Source: an uncultured Candidatus Saccharibacteria bacterium (lineage in GTDB: Bacteria; Patescibacteriota; Minisyncoccia; UBA6257; WO2-44-18). Taken from it: a stretch of 38,790 nt of DNA. The stretch lies in contig CAYIBZ010000001.1 of assembly GCA_964361795.1 (NCBI GenBank), positions 27,149 through 65,938 of the forward strand, in the 5' to 3' direction. Positions 30,774-38,790 of the stretch are shown piece after piece (the first letter of the stretch is position 1; each line of letters begins with the position of its first letter). Under the pieces are notes generated by a model. That model made no database searches, was not told the origin of the DNA, and saw nothing but the letters and a program-made list of their open reading frames with translations. The position numbers were made by a program, and so were the translations under genes.

Positions 30774-31185
30774 TTTGCTTGTCGTTTAAGTGAACTCCGG
30801 GCCTTTTTGAGGTTAAAAGATTAATAGCTTGATCTTTAGTCATGCCCTTGCTGATAAAATAGGCCGCCACCAATGTTGGCGCGCGTCCGTGGCCATTTTT
30901 GCAGTGGACATAAACTTTTATTTTATTCTTGACAAAGAAATCTAACGCCGTCACCCCTAATTCTAATTTTTTATTATCCGGCGCGTAATGATTTTTAGTA
31001 GGCAGCCATAAAAAATAATCTACGCCAATCGGGCTATCTATTTTTTCTTCTTCCAAGCTAATATCCGCGGCAACTCCTTGATTCAAAAGCTCTTTTTCAA
31101 AATCCGCTTGGCAGCACATATTATTTCCGATAAAAATCGCGTCAATTATCTCGTTATAGTCAAAAGTTTTTAGAGGATGGGTCAT
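30736..31185 (-). CDS. Dual-specificity / protein-tyrosine phosphatase
   Basis: Active-site loop HCKNGHGRAPT (HCxxGxxR[ST]). 149 aa. The 3' end overlaps ftsX convergently by 38 nt. Confidence 0.75.
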   Translation of the reverse strand: MTHPLKTFDYNEIIDAIFIGNNMCCQADFEKELLNQGVAADISLEEEKIDSPIGVDYFLWLPTKNHYAPDNKKLELGVTALDFFVKNKIKVYVHCKNGHGRAPTLVAAYFISKGMTKDQAINLLTSKRPGVHLNDKQIKALDTFEQLRR

Positions 31186-31224
31186 AATAGATTAATTGTA
31201 ACAGGAGAAAATTTTAATGCATTG

Positions 31225-31249
31225 TTCCGGGACAAGGAATCGAACCTCG
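31225..31249 (-). pseudogene. Orphan tRNA 3' half (T arm + 3' acceptor strand)
   Basis: Minus strand reads CGAGG-TTCGATT-CCTTG-TCCCGGA. No matching 5' half. It lies 20 nt downstream of tRNA-Gln. Confidence 0.5.
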
Positions 31250-31269
31250 ATTTTTATTTACGTGCAAAG

Positions 31270-31340
31270 CTGCGGGACAGGGAATCGAACCCCAATTTTC
31301 TGGTTCAGAGCCAGACGTCCTACCATTAGACGATCCCGCA
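31270..31340 (-). tRNA. tRNA-Gln (anticodon CUG), no CCA encoded
   Basis: Minus strand: acceptor TGCGGGA/TCCCGCA (U1-A72 as in bacterial tRNA-Gln), D arm GTCT-AATGGTA-GGAC, anticodon arm TCTGG-CTCTGAA-CCAGA, T loop TTCGATT, discriminator G. Confidence 0.9.
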
Positions 31341-31365
31341 AAAATCTGCTATCATTATAAATGAT

Positions 31366-31839
31366 ATGAACTTTTGGGGCAAATACAAAAAACACATTGT
31401 GGCCGGACTTTTTGGATTCGGATTAGCGGCTCTTTTTCTTTGGCCTCAAATCTATAATCCTTACGGAGAAATTATAAATAAATATAAAAAAGCTGGGTTG
31501 GAATGCATGTCTGGACACGCGCGCGCGATTCAGCATTTCCATCCTCATTTAACGATTTTAGTTGACAATAAAGAAGAGGGGATGCCGGCAAACCTTGGAA
31601 TAGTCAGTAATTGCATGGGGGAAATACATACTCACGACGCCACTGGAACCTTGCATGTTGAATCTTCTTCAGCAGACAAAGTTTTTTACTTCAAACAATT
31701 TTTCGGAATTTATGACAAACCGATGGAACGGGAAGGATATTCCTTGACAATGGCCGTGGATGGACAACCCAGTCAAGAATTAGGAGAACTGGTTTTGAAA
31801 GACAAACAAGAAATCGTTCTAGAATACAAGAAGCAGTAA
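31366..31839 (+). CDS. Membrane-anchored hypothetical protein with His-rich motifs
   Basis: N-terminal TM. HFHPHLTILVDN and IHTHDATGTLHVE motifs suggest metal binding. TATAAA 4-5 nt before the ATG. Confidence 0.55.
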   Translation: MNFWGKYKKHIVAGLFGFGLAALFLWPQIYNPYGEIINKYKKAGLECMSGHARAIQHFHPHLTILVDNKEEGMPANLGIVSNCMGEIHTHDATGTLHVESSSADKVFYFKQFFGIYDKPMEREGYSLTMAVDGQPSQELGELVLKDKQEIVLEYKKQ

Positions 31840-32435
31840 TGAGAAAAGATTTTACTCCGGAAAAGAATAAGTTTACCAAGGATTTATCCGGCCTAACTCT
31901 TAAAATGCTTAACGAGCATTTTAAGCTCTATGAAGGATACGTTAAGAAAACCAACGAAATTCAGACTAAACTGGAATCGGCTGATAAGTCGGAAGCAAAC
32001 GGAGTTTTTAGCTATATCGGCGAACTAAAGCGCCAAGAAACTTTCGCGGTCAATGGAATGAAACTGCACGAAGTTTATTTTGGACATCTGGGCGGCAATG
32101 GTAAACCGAACGGGCCGCTAATAAAAATGCTTGAGCGCGATTTCGGCTCGCTGGAAAATTGGAAACTGGACATGGTTGCCACTGGAATTTCCGCAAGGGG
32201 GTGGGCGATACTGGCTTACGATTACAAAGATAATCGTCTGCATAATTACGGTTCTGACGCCCACAATGTCGGCGCAGTTTGGGGCGCTATTCCAATAATC
32301 GCGCTGGATATTTACGAACACGCCTATTTTATGGATTACGGCGTCAACCGCAAAGATTACATCAATTCGTTTTTCCAAAATCTAGATTGGGATTTTGCTA
32401 ATAAAATCGTCCGAGATTATAAGTTAAATATTTGA
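31839..32435 (+). CDS. Fe/Mn-type superoxide dismutase
   Basis: C-terminal signature ALDIYEHAYFMDYGVNRKDYI..F..LDW (DxWEHAYY-like) and an N-terminal helical His-containing domain. The start overlaps the upstream stop (TAATG). Confidence 0.8.
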   Translation: MRKDFTPEKNKFTKDLSGLTLKMLNEHFKLYEGYVKKTNEIQTKLESADKSEANGVFSYIGELKRQETFAVNGMKLHEVYFGHLGGNGKPNGPLIKMLERDFGSLENWKLDMVATGISARGWAILAYDYKDNRLHNYGSDAHNVGAVWGAIPIIALDIYEHAYFMDYGVNRKDYINSFFQNLDWDFANKIVRDYKLNI

Positions 32436-32437
32436 AT

Positions 32438-32463
32438 GCCCCCTCAATAAGGGGGCGTTTTTT
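32438..32463 (+). terminator. Intrinsic terminator after the SOD gene
   Basis: GCCCCCT-CAATA-AGGGGGC followed by GTTTTTTG. Confidence 0.85.
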
Positions 32464-32489
32464 GTTATAGTGATTATAAAGGCTAGGAA

Positions 32490-35342
32490 ATGATTTATAG
32501 AAGAGATTTTTTTCTTATAAGAGTAGTCTTTAACCTTTTAGTTTTAGGTTGGCTTTTTTTACTGCTCCTAGCCCAGAGTTCCTATGCCGCGGCGCCGACC
32601 GTACTGGGTTACCAAGGGCAACTCACTGATCTTGCCGGAAATCCGCTGGGCGGAAAGGGGACGATCTATTTTTTCAAATTTTCTATTTGGGAGAACGAAA
32701 ACATTAAGTTTGGAAATCGCCTCTGGCCGGCGAACGCGCCGCAGCCGGTTGCTCTTGTCGTAGAAAACGGAAATTTTGATGTTAATATTGGGGACTATAA
32801 TTTTTCCCAAAACCAAGCAGTTTATCTGCAAATAGAAGTTTCATCCGACAATATTAATTTTCAGACGCTTTCGCCTCGTCAGCCAATTCTTGTAACTGAA
32901 ACAAAAAAAATAATTATTGAGGATCCTCGGTTTGAACTTTTAACGAGCCAAATTCAACAACTCGGGAAAACACAACAGGAAAGCGCGAGCGAACTTTTCC
33001 GAACCATGGCCTTGTTAAGTCAGGGAACTGATTTTGGGCCCAGAGGGAATGTGCCGCTTACCATTTCCAATCCGATTATTCAAGGCGATGTGCGCGGTTT
33101 AGACGACGGCGATATTCCCGATGACATTACAGCTTCCCGCTATCTTTCGCTGTCCGGCGGGAGTGTAACCGGAAATTTAACCGTAGGCGGCGATTTAGCG
33201 GTTAGCGGTTCTCAAACAGCAGACAGTTTAACGATAGGTGAGTTAAAAGTCGGCAATCTTGCGGCAACGTCAACGCCTTCCGGATTTGGCACGTCATCGC
33301 CCTATGCCGCATTGTCGGTGGAAATCCAGCCCGATTCTAAACTGCCGGCGTTTGTTGTTTCAGACGAAGGTACAAGCACGCCGGCGCTTGCGGTTAATTC
33401 CGCGGGGCAAGTACTTATCGGAACGTCTTCCCCTTCGTGCCCCAACTGCACAATAAATGATAAATTGCATATTGATGGGGATTTCAACGGAAATCTTAGG
33501 ATTTTAGTCACAAACCCCAACGGCGGGCCGTTAGCACGTTCAACTTTAGCGTTCGGCAAGGGGGATAATAACGTTCTTCAATTGTCATATGGAAATGAAG
33601 GCCAGCCAGGTACGGCCTTATCACTAATGCCAAAAAGCGGAGTCTTGGTAGCAGCAAACGCCGCTGACAATGGTTTAATCTTTCTTACTCAAGCGCCAAC
33701 CGCCCCGATTCTTTTCGGCACTGGCGGTGTTAGCTTCAGCAATGAACGTCTGCGCATTACCGGAACCGGAGATATTGGCATTGCCACGACTTCACCGGGT
33801 CTCAAACTGGAAGTTGGCGGATTTGCTAATATCAAAGGAAATCTTTCTGTTGAGGGCAACATCAAAACCGGATCCTTCATTGCCACTTCTTCCGTTCCCT
33901 TCGCGTTTGCTAATGCCGCGTATCTTCAAATCGCCGCCGGGGATAACGCGCTGAGAATTGCTACCACCACGCTGGAAGATAATATTGGACACCATCCGCT
34001 TTTGCTTGTTAGCGCGACAACCACCGGAAATCAAAATTACGCGCGAGTTGCGATTGGCACCACGACTTCCGAAGGTCCGGCGGGACTTTTAGATCAGTTG
34101 TATGTCGCGGGCCGCATCAATAGTTCGTGGAATATGTATTGGCAGGATTTTCTTGGAAGAAATAATATCGGCCAGCTGATCGCCGACGCCGCTGTCCATG
34201 GGCTGGTTTTTGACGAAGACTCGGGTAATAGCGGCGGATGGGACGTTACATGGGTCATCGGCGCGGGAGGCGTAGCGATACTAGATAATCCTACGTCGCC
34301 GAATCCTGGCGAAGGTGAATGGTTCGGCACCGGCGGCATTAATGTCGTATCCGCGTACCTGAATCCAGTCTTTGAGACAAGGATTCGCAGTACGGCTAAT
34401 CTTGACCACCGCGCTGTTGCTGGATTTTTGAACATTTCTTTAGGAGCTGACGCTGGCGCCAATCCAACTGACGGCATTTATTTCCGCAAGTCCTTCGCGG
34501 ATACTACTTGGCAAGCAGTCACCAGTTCGGGTGGAAACGAAACCGTCAGCGATACTGGCGTTCCGACATCAGACTTTGAGACACTGCGCATTGAAGTAAT
34601 AGGATTCAAAGAAGTTAGGTTTATCGTTAATGGATATGTCAAAGTAGCGCACGATACGAATATAACAGCCACCGAAATGGGTTTTTATGTCGGCAATGAA
34701 TTAAATGGCACCGTGAACCGCGCAACTGCTATTGATTATCTGCGGGTATGGACTGATGACCCGTCAACCGCGCCGCTCGGAGAAACAATTGCTCAAGTTG
34801 TCCAGCAAAACGATATCACGCAACCGGATTCTTCGGAACCCATAAACCTTGATAACGCGCGATCAGCGGTAACTGATTCGGCGGTAACTGCTGCTAATGC
34901 CAATCTTTTAACTATTCTGCCGGGTGGAGAAATTAAAGTTCCGGATGGCGCGAATGAAATAAGCGGATCCGGAAAAATCGCCGCTGGAACAAACGAAACA
35001 TTTATTTCTAACAACAAAATTGTCTCGGGAAGTAAAATCTTCCTCACGCCGCTGGTCCCGATCCGATTGCCGCTGTCAATTACGGAAAAAAGATCGGGTG
35101 AGGGATTCCGCGTCGCGATTGCTGAAACCGCCGCGAATGACATAGATTTTGATTGGCTAATAATTAGCGGTTATTCTGAAAATACTTCCTCTGCGGCTGA
35201 AACTCCTGCGACAGAACAAACAATAACAGAAATCATCCCGCCGCCCATTCCTGAATCACCGCCAGCGGAAGCATCCGAATCCAATAAAGTAACGCCAGCG
35301 GAGCCGTCTGAACCAGTTCCGGAGTCTCCAACAACGCCTTGA
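32490..35342 (+). CDS. Large secreted/surface protein (950 aa) with tail-fibre-like repeats and a Pro-rich C-terminal tail
   Basis: Signal/anchor LLVLGWLFLLLLAQSSYA. Recurrent motifs of the type GNLTVGGDLAVSG, VLIGTSSPS...KLHIDGD, IGIATTSPGLKLEVGG. The C-terminus is IPPPIPESPPAEASE...PSEPVPESPTTP. Confidence 0.8.
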   Translation: MIYRRDFFLIRVVFNLLVLGWLFLLLLAQSSYAAAPTVLGYQGQLTDLAGNPLGGKGTIYFFKFSIWENENIKFGNRLWPANAPQPVALVVENGNFDVNIGDYNFSQNQAVYLQIEVSSDNINFQTLSPRQPILVTETKKIIIEDPRFELLTSQIQQLGKTQQESASELFRTMALLSQGTDFGPRGNVPLTISNPIIQGDVRGLDDGDIPDDITASRYLSLSGGSVTGNLTVGGDLAVSGSQTADSLTIGELKVGNLAATSTPSGFGTSSPYAALSVEIQPDSKLPAFVVSDEGTSTPALAVNSAGQVLIGTSSPSCPNCTINDKLHIDGDFNGNLRILVTNPNGGPLARSTLAFGKGDNNVLQLSYGNEGQPGTALSLMPKSGVLVAANAADNGLIFLTQAPTAPILFGTGGVSFSNERLRITGTGDIGIATTSPGLKLEVGGFANIKGNLSVEGNIKTGSFIATSSVPFAFANAAYLQIAAGDNALRIATTTLEDNIGHHPLLLVSATTTGNQNYARVAIGTTTSEGPAGLLDQLYVAGRINSSWNMYWQDFLGRNNIGQLIADAAVHGLVFDEDSGNSGGWDVTWVIGAGGVAILDNPTSPNPGEGEWFGTGGINVVSAYLNPVFETRIRSTANLDHRAVAGFLNISLGADAGANPTDGIYFRKSFADTTWQAVTSSGGNETVSDTGVPTSDFETLRIEVIGFKEVRFIVNGYVKVAHDTNITATEMGFYVGNELNGTVNRATAIDYLRVWTDDPSTAPLGETIAQVVQQNDITQPDSSEPINLDNARSAVTDSAVTAANANLLTILPGGEIKVPDGANEISGSGKIAAGTNETFISNNKIVSGSKIFLTPLVPIRLPLSITEKRSGEGFRVAIAETAANDIDFDWLIISGYSENTSSAAETPATEQTITEIIPPPIPESPPAEASESNKVTPAEPSEPVPESPTTP

Positions 35343-35378
35343 ACTAATATCGGCAAAATGCTAGAATGAGCGCGTCTA

Positions 35379-35876
35379 ATGAAAAGAAACTTATACCTTT
35401 TTTTAATCCTGACTATTTTGGGTGTCGGAGGAGGATTGCTGGTTCGCGGTTTTACTTCCAGTTCTGAAAGTTATCGCATCAATGGAATTATCGTTCCTCC
35501 AGAAACACGGCCCAGTGAAAATCCGATTATTCAAAGAACCTATCCAACAGTAGAAATTTCTACCGGATCGCCGAAGGATGCGGCTGTCCTAACTATATCG
35601 TCAGTGGTCGGCAATTTTCCGGATTGGGAACTTTTTGGCGTTACCGCGGTTTTAGGAATTTTTATTTATCTCTTGTATCGGCTTAGTTCGCTCAAACAAC
35701 AGCTTGTAAAAGAAACTCACAAAAGAGAGGCCTTGGAAACGGAACTGACAATTCATAAAACCTTTGACCAGTTAAAAAATACTGTCCAAAAAGGCAGTCT
35801 CCAGCAAGTCTTGGATGAATTCAGTTTAGTTGAGGAATCGCTTAGAAAAACTGTTAGCGATCTTTTAGTAAGGTAG
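35379..35876 (+). CDS. Two-TM membrane protein with a C-terminal coiled coil, unknown function
   Basis: N-terminal TM (LYLFLILTILGVGGGLLV), second TM (LFGVTAVLGIFIYLLY). TGcTAGAAT extended -10 at 35359-35367. Confidence 0.5.
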   Translation: MKRNLYLFLILTILGVGGGLLVRGFTSSSESYRINGIIVPPETRPSENPIIQRTYPTVEISTGSPKDAAVLTISSVVGNFPDWELFGVTAVLGIFIYLLYRLSSLKQQLVKETHKREALETELTIHKTFDQLKNTVQKGSLQQVLDEFSLVEESLRKTVSDLLVR

Positions 35877-36675
35877 GTTTTTTTCCTGCCATCTGAATTT
35901 TTTTTAACACCAATTTGTTGCCAACTGCTTCCGCTTCCAGTATTTTGACTCTTTTTCCGTCTTGGATTGTCCAAGTCCCGGGCTCTGGATTTAAAGCTCT
36001 GACTTTCCGGTCTACGGCGGCTGGATCATCTTTTGTTAAATCAATGAAAGCGTCCTGACTGGTAAATTTTTTAGTATAAGTTGCCTCGGATTCGTTTTGC
36101 GGTGCCGGTTTTATTTCGCCTCTTACAAATCTCGGCAATGTTTCAATCAGTAAATCTGCGCTTAATTCGGAAAGCGCCTGAAGTAGTCTTGGAAATTTGA
36201 AATTGAGAATTGGAAATTCTAATTCTCGCTGTGCGAGAACCGGCCCATGATCTATTTTTTCATCAATTAAAAATAAAGTCGTACCTGTCTTTTCTTCGCC
36301 ATTTAAAATAACGGACTGAATGGGCGTGGCGCCGCGATATTTCGGCAATAATGACGGGTGAACGCCAATCGTTCCTAGGCGCGGTGAAGATATTATTCTT
36401 TTGGGAAGAATTTTAGAATAAGCGGCTACGATAGCGAAATCTAAATTTCGCGAATTCAAATATTTCAATGTTTCAACATCAAAAGTTTCGGGCTGAAGAA
36501 CTTGAATTTTGTGTTTTTCGGCTAAAAATTTGACGGGCGGCGAAGTAACGATTTTTTTTCTTCCCGCTGGTCTGTCCGGATTGCAAACAACCAAAGTTGG
36601 CGGCATACCGGCCTTGATAAGCCGTTCCAAAATTATTGCGGCGAATTCCGGAGTGCCGAAGAAAACATATTTCAT
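35854..36675 (-). CDS. fmt: Methionyl-tRNA formyltransferase
   Basis: MKYVFFGTPEFA, VVCNPDRPAGR, HPSLLPKYRG motifs; downstream of def. Confidence 0.9.
   Translation of the reverse strand: MKYVFFGTPEFAAIILERLIKAGMPPTLVVCNPDRPAGRKKIVTSPPVKFLAEKHKIQVLQPETFDVETLKYLNSRNLDFAIVAAYSKILPKRIISSPRLGTIGVHPSLLPKYRGATPIQSVILNGEEKTGTTLFLIDEKIDHGPVLAQRELEFPILNFKFPRLLQALSELSADLLIETLPRFVRGEIKPAPQNESEATYTKKFTSQDAFIDLTKDDPAAVDRKVRALNPEPGTWTIQDGKRVKILEAEAVGNKLVLKKIQMAGKKPTLLKDR
36189..36227. repeat. Degenerate TTGGAAA-type heptamer run inside fmt
   Basis: TTGGAAA TTTGAAA TTGAGAA TTGGAAA TTCTAAT on the plus strand. It is read on the minus strand as ELEFPILNFKFP. Confidence 0.8.
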
Positions 36676-36769
36676 AAATTTCTAATTATTCTAATTTTTA
36701 AATCCTAAACAAATCTAAATGACAAAATCTAAAGATCAAAAATTTTGACATTTAGTCATTTGAACTTGG

Positions 36770-36797
36770 TTTGACATTTGAGCTTTGAAATTTGACA
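36770..36797. repeat. Tandem heptamers TTTGACA/TTTGAGC/TTTGAAA/TTTGACA in the def-fmt spacer
   Basis: Four in-phase 7-nt units, with an additional TTTGACA at 36744-36750. Confidence 0.85.
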
Positions 36798-36802
36798 TTA
36801 TT

Positions 36803-37294
36803 TCACTGGGATTTGTTGAGGTCAATAGAAATTTTCTCGACCTTCTTTGTCTTATCAGTAAACAACTTCCCACCCAAGTGGTCCATTTCGTGCTGGAAAA
36901 CGCGAGCCAAAAGCCCCCAAGCTTTTATTTTAATTTTTTTGCCGCTGGAATTGTATCCTGCCAATGTTATCTTTTCGGGGCGCTCCACAATCCCATAAAC
37001 TCCGGGAACGCTAAGGCAACCCTCGTCAAGAGAAGACGTTTCTTTTGATTTTTGGAGAATTTCCGGGTTGAACACGGCGTAAAACTTATTCTCTACTTGA
37101 GCCACAAATGTCTTGATATTTAGGCCTATTTGGTTGGCGCTTAAGCCAATGCCAGACGCTTTTTTCATCATCTGCCGCATCGTTTTTACTAATTCCCGGA
37201 TCTCTGCTTGGCTGTGTTTTTTGAAATCAAAATTAACGGTTTTCTGCCGCAAAAATTTTTCGTCTTTTTTATTTTTCACCGTAACTATATTCAT
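36803..37294 (-). CDS. def: Peptide deformylase
   Basis: GIGLSANQIG, EGCLSVPG and QHEMDHLGG motifs. Confidence 0.95.
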   Translation of the reverse strand: MNIVTVKNKKDEKFLRQKTVNFDFKKHSQAEIRELVKTMRQMMKKASGIGLSANQIGLNIKTFVAQVENKFYAVFNPEILQKSKETSSLDEGCLSVPGVYGIVERPEKITLAGYNSSGKKIKIKAWGLLARVFQHEMDHLGGKLFTDKTKKVEKISIDLNKSQ

Positions 37295-37557
37295 TTGATA
37301 TCCCTGATGATTTTCATAAAATAAGCCCCGGCGTTCTTAATGTTTTTATTTTCCGCAATGGATTTCGCGGCGCTTAAGAGCTTGATTGCGTCGTGTTCTT
37401 TAGCTAATTTGATGTACAGCCCTCTGTGTTTCCAGTCACGCAGTATAACCGCTATTTCTAAACCAATCAACTGGTGGGATGTGTAAGCTTTAGATTGCTT
37501 GGAACGTTTTTTAAGCTCATCAAAAAATGATCCGCTGGATTCCTTAAACGCTCTCAT
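37291..37557 (-). CDS. Hypothetical small protein (88 aa) translationally coupled to def
   Basis: ATG 37557 (MRAFKESSG). The stop overlaps the def start (ATGA). The listed upstream extension is hydrophobic junk overlapping the divergent protease start. Confidence 0.45.
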   Translation of the reverse strand: MRAFKESSGSFFDELKKRSKQSKAYTSHQLIGLEIAVILRDWKHRGLYIKLAKEHDAIKLLSAAKSIAENKNIKNAGAYFMKIIRDIK

Positions 37558-37594
37558 ATTGTTAATTATACATGAATAAATTAAAATTGATTTT

Positions 37595-38790
37595 ATGAGA
37601 TTGAAAAGTACATTATTCACTGTTGCCGTCAGCGTTGTTGCCGCCATTGCTCTTGGTGGAATGTTTTATTTGGGATTTGCCGCTGGCGCCCGTAATCCAA
37701 AAGTAATAACAGTCAAAGGAATAACCAATATCGGCGATGAGGATGTGACAGCCGATTTTGGAGTTTTTTGGCAAGTGTGGGACTACATTAAAAAAGAACA
37801 TGTAAATGGAACCGAAGCTAAAGATCAAAATTTAGTCTACGGCGCCGTTAGCGGATTAGTGGATTCTCTGCAAGATCCTAATACAAATTTTTTCTCGCCT
37901 GAAGATACCAAAAAATTCTTGGAAGATGTGAGCGGGTCTTTTGGAGGAATCGGCGCGGAAATTGGAGTTCGCAATGACCAATTAGTTATCGTGGCGCCGC
38001 TGAAAGGGTCTCCGGCGGAAAAAGCGGGCCTTAGAAGCGGGGATAAGATATTAAAAGTGGGGGATTCTGTTTCAATTGATATGCAAGTTACTGAAGCGGT
38101 TAAGCTTATCAGAGGCGATCCCGGCACCACTGTAATCCTTACTATCACGCGCAATGGCTGGAGCAAGCCGCAAGAGATCTCCATAACGCGCGATATTATA
38201 AAGGTGCCAACATTAGAATTAGAAATCAAAGATGTTCAGCTTGCCGGTAAGTCCGACGCTGAAACCGCTGTTCCAGAAAACAAGGAAATCGCGCATATCA
38301 AACTTTATTCTTTCAACGAAAATTCCATACCGTTATTCCAGCAAGCAATGCTGAAAGCGCTGCTGGCTGGCGCAAAGGGAATGATTCTGGACCTTCGCAA
38401 TAATCCCGGCGGCTATTTGGAAGTGGCAGTTAATTTAGCCGGTTGGTTCTTGCCCCGAGGAAGCGTTGTGGTTACGGAAGATTTCCGAACGGGAGAGGAC
38501 ACAGTTTTTCGGGCTAACGGCAATGAAGCTTTAAAAGATTTTCCGGTCGTGGCGCTAATTAATGGAGGATCGGCATCGGCTTCGGAAATTCTCGCCGGCG
38601 CTCTTAGGGATCACCGCGATATAAAACTGATCGGTGAAAAAAGTTTCGGGAAAGGCACAGTGCAAGAACTTAAAACTCTAAAAGATAACTCTTCATTAAA
38701 ATTGACAATTGCCCAATGGCTGTTGCCTAGCGGAAAAACTATTGAAAAAAATGGATTGGTTCCGGATATAGAAGTAAAGCTTACCGAAGA
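37595..38790 (+). CDS. S41 C-terminal processing peptidase (Ctp/Prc-like); C-terminus beyond the window
   Basis: Open frame from ATG 37595 to the window end (absent from the ORF track because it has no stop). N-terminal TM, PDZ (GGIGAEIG...PLKGSPAEKAGLRSGDKILKV), catalytic region DLRNNPGGYL and GGSASASEILAGAL. Confidence 0.9.
   Translation, partial: MRLKSTLFTVAVSVVAAIALGGMFYLGFAAGARNPKVITVKGITNIGDEDVTADFGVFWQVWDYIKKEHVNGTEAKDQNLVYGAVSGLVDSLQDPNTNFFSPEDTKKFLEDVSGSFGGIGAEIGVRNDQLVIVAPLKGSPAEKAGLRSGDKILKVGDSVSIDMQVTEAVKLIRGDPGTTVILTITRNGWSKPQEISITRDIIKVPTLELEIKDVQLAGKSDAETAVPENKEIAHIKLYSFNENSIPLFQQAMLKALLAGAKGMILDLRNNPGGYLEVAVNLAGWFLPRGSVVVTEDFRTGEDTVFRANGNEALKDFPVVALINGGSASASEILAGALRDHRDIKLIGEKSFGKGTVQELKTLKDNSSLKLTIAQWLLPSGKTIEKNGLVPDIEVKLTE

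Noticed and set aside
36785-37298. Plus-strand ORFs opposite def (36785-37048, 36792-36998, 37113-37298).
   Set aside because: The def motifs on the minus strand are unambiguous. The plus ORFs start inside the heptamer repeat tract.
37613-38229. Minus-strand ORFs 37613-37828 and 37837-38229.
   Set aside because: They lie opposite a clear S41 peptidase reading frame that is open to the window end. That frame is missing from the track only because it has no stop.
1-38790. Alternative genetic code (UGA reassignment, as in some CPR lineages) as an explanation for the truncated RF2.
   Set aside because: Conserved genes end at TGA where homologues end (mnmA, aspS, ndk, the ftsB-like gene). No conserved gene is interrupted by an in-frame TGA, so the standard code fits.

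Overview
38.8-kb AT-rich bacterial segment (about 40% GC by eye) using the standard genetic code; TGA is used as a stop. The gene style fits a small-genome Patescibacteria/CPR (Parcubacteria-like) organism. Housekeeping proteins are short and carry idiosyncratic insertions and deletions, core genes have almost no Shine-Dalgarno sequences, comEC is split, a TraG-like ATPase has a membrane partner, and there is a giant surface protein. Core genes are dnaK (partial), dnaJ, secD, secF, efp, mnmA, comEC (two parts), aspS, ndk, lepA, prfB, ftsE, ftsX, a Fe/Mn SOD, fmt, def and an S41 protease (partial). There are four tRNAs: Lys-UUU, Gly-CCC, Thr-CGU and Gln-CUG. Small accessory units sit between the core genes, and most are bracketed by inverted repeats or perfect palindromes. 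They include a TrpR-like ORF between the two comEC halves, a GxxExxY gene with 36-bp terminal inverted repeats, a tRNA-Lys locked in a 22-bp helix, and two compositionally foreign islands (18.6-20.3 kb and 25.5-27.9 kb). The best candidate for an undescribed system is the 2.4-kb island between tRNA-Gly and tRNA-Thr. It holds four small ORFs without a recognisable family (one has an H-x3-C-x2-C zinc anti-sigma-like motif). These ORFs have textbook promoters, strong SDs and terminators, and the island includes a 0.5-kb high-GC patch. It directly abuts an RF2 gene that lacks its whole N-terminal domain. All calls come from reading the sequence and from remembered family motifs; no searches were run.
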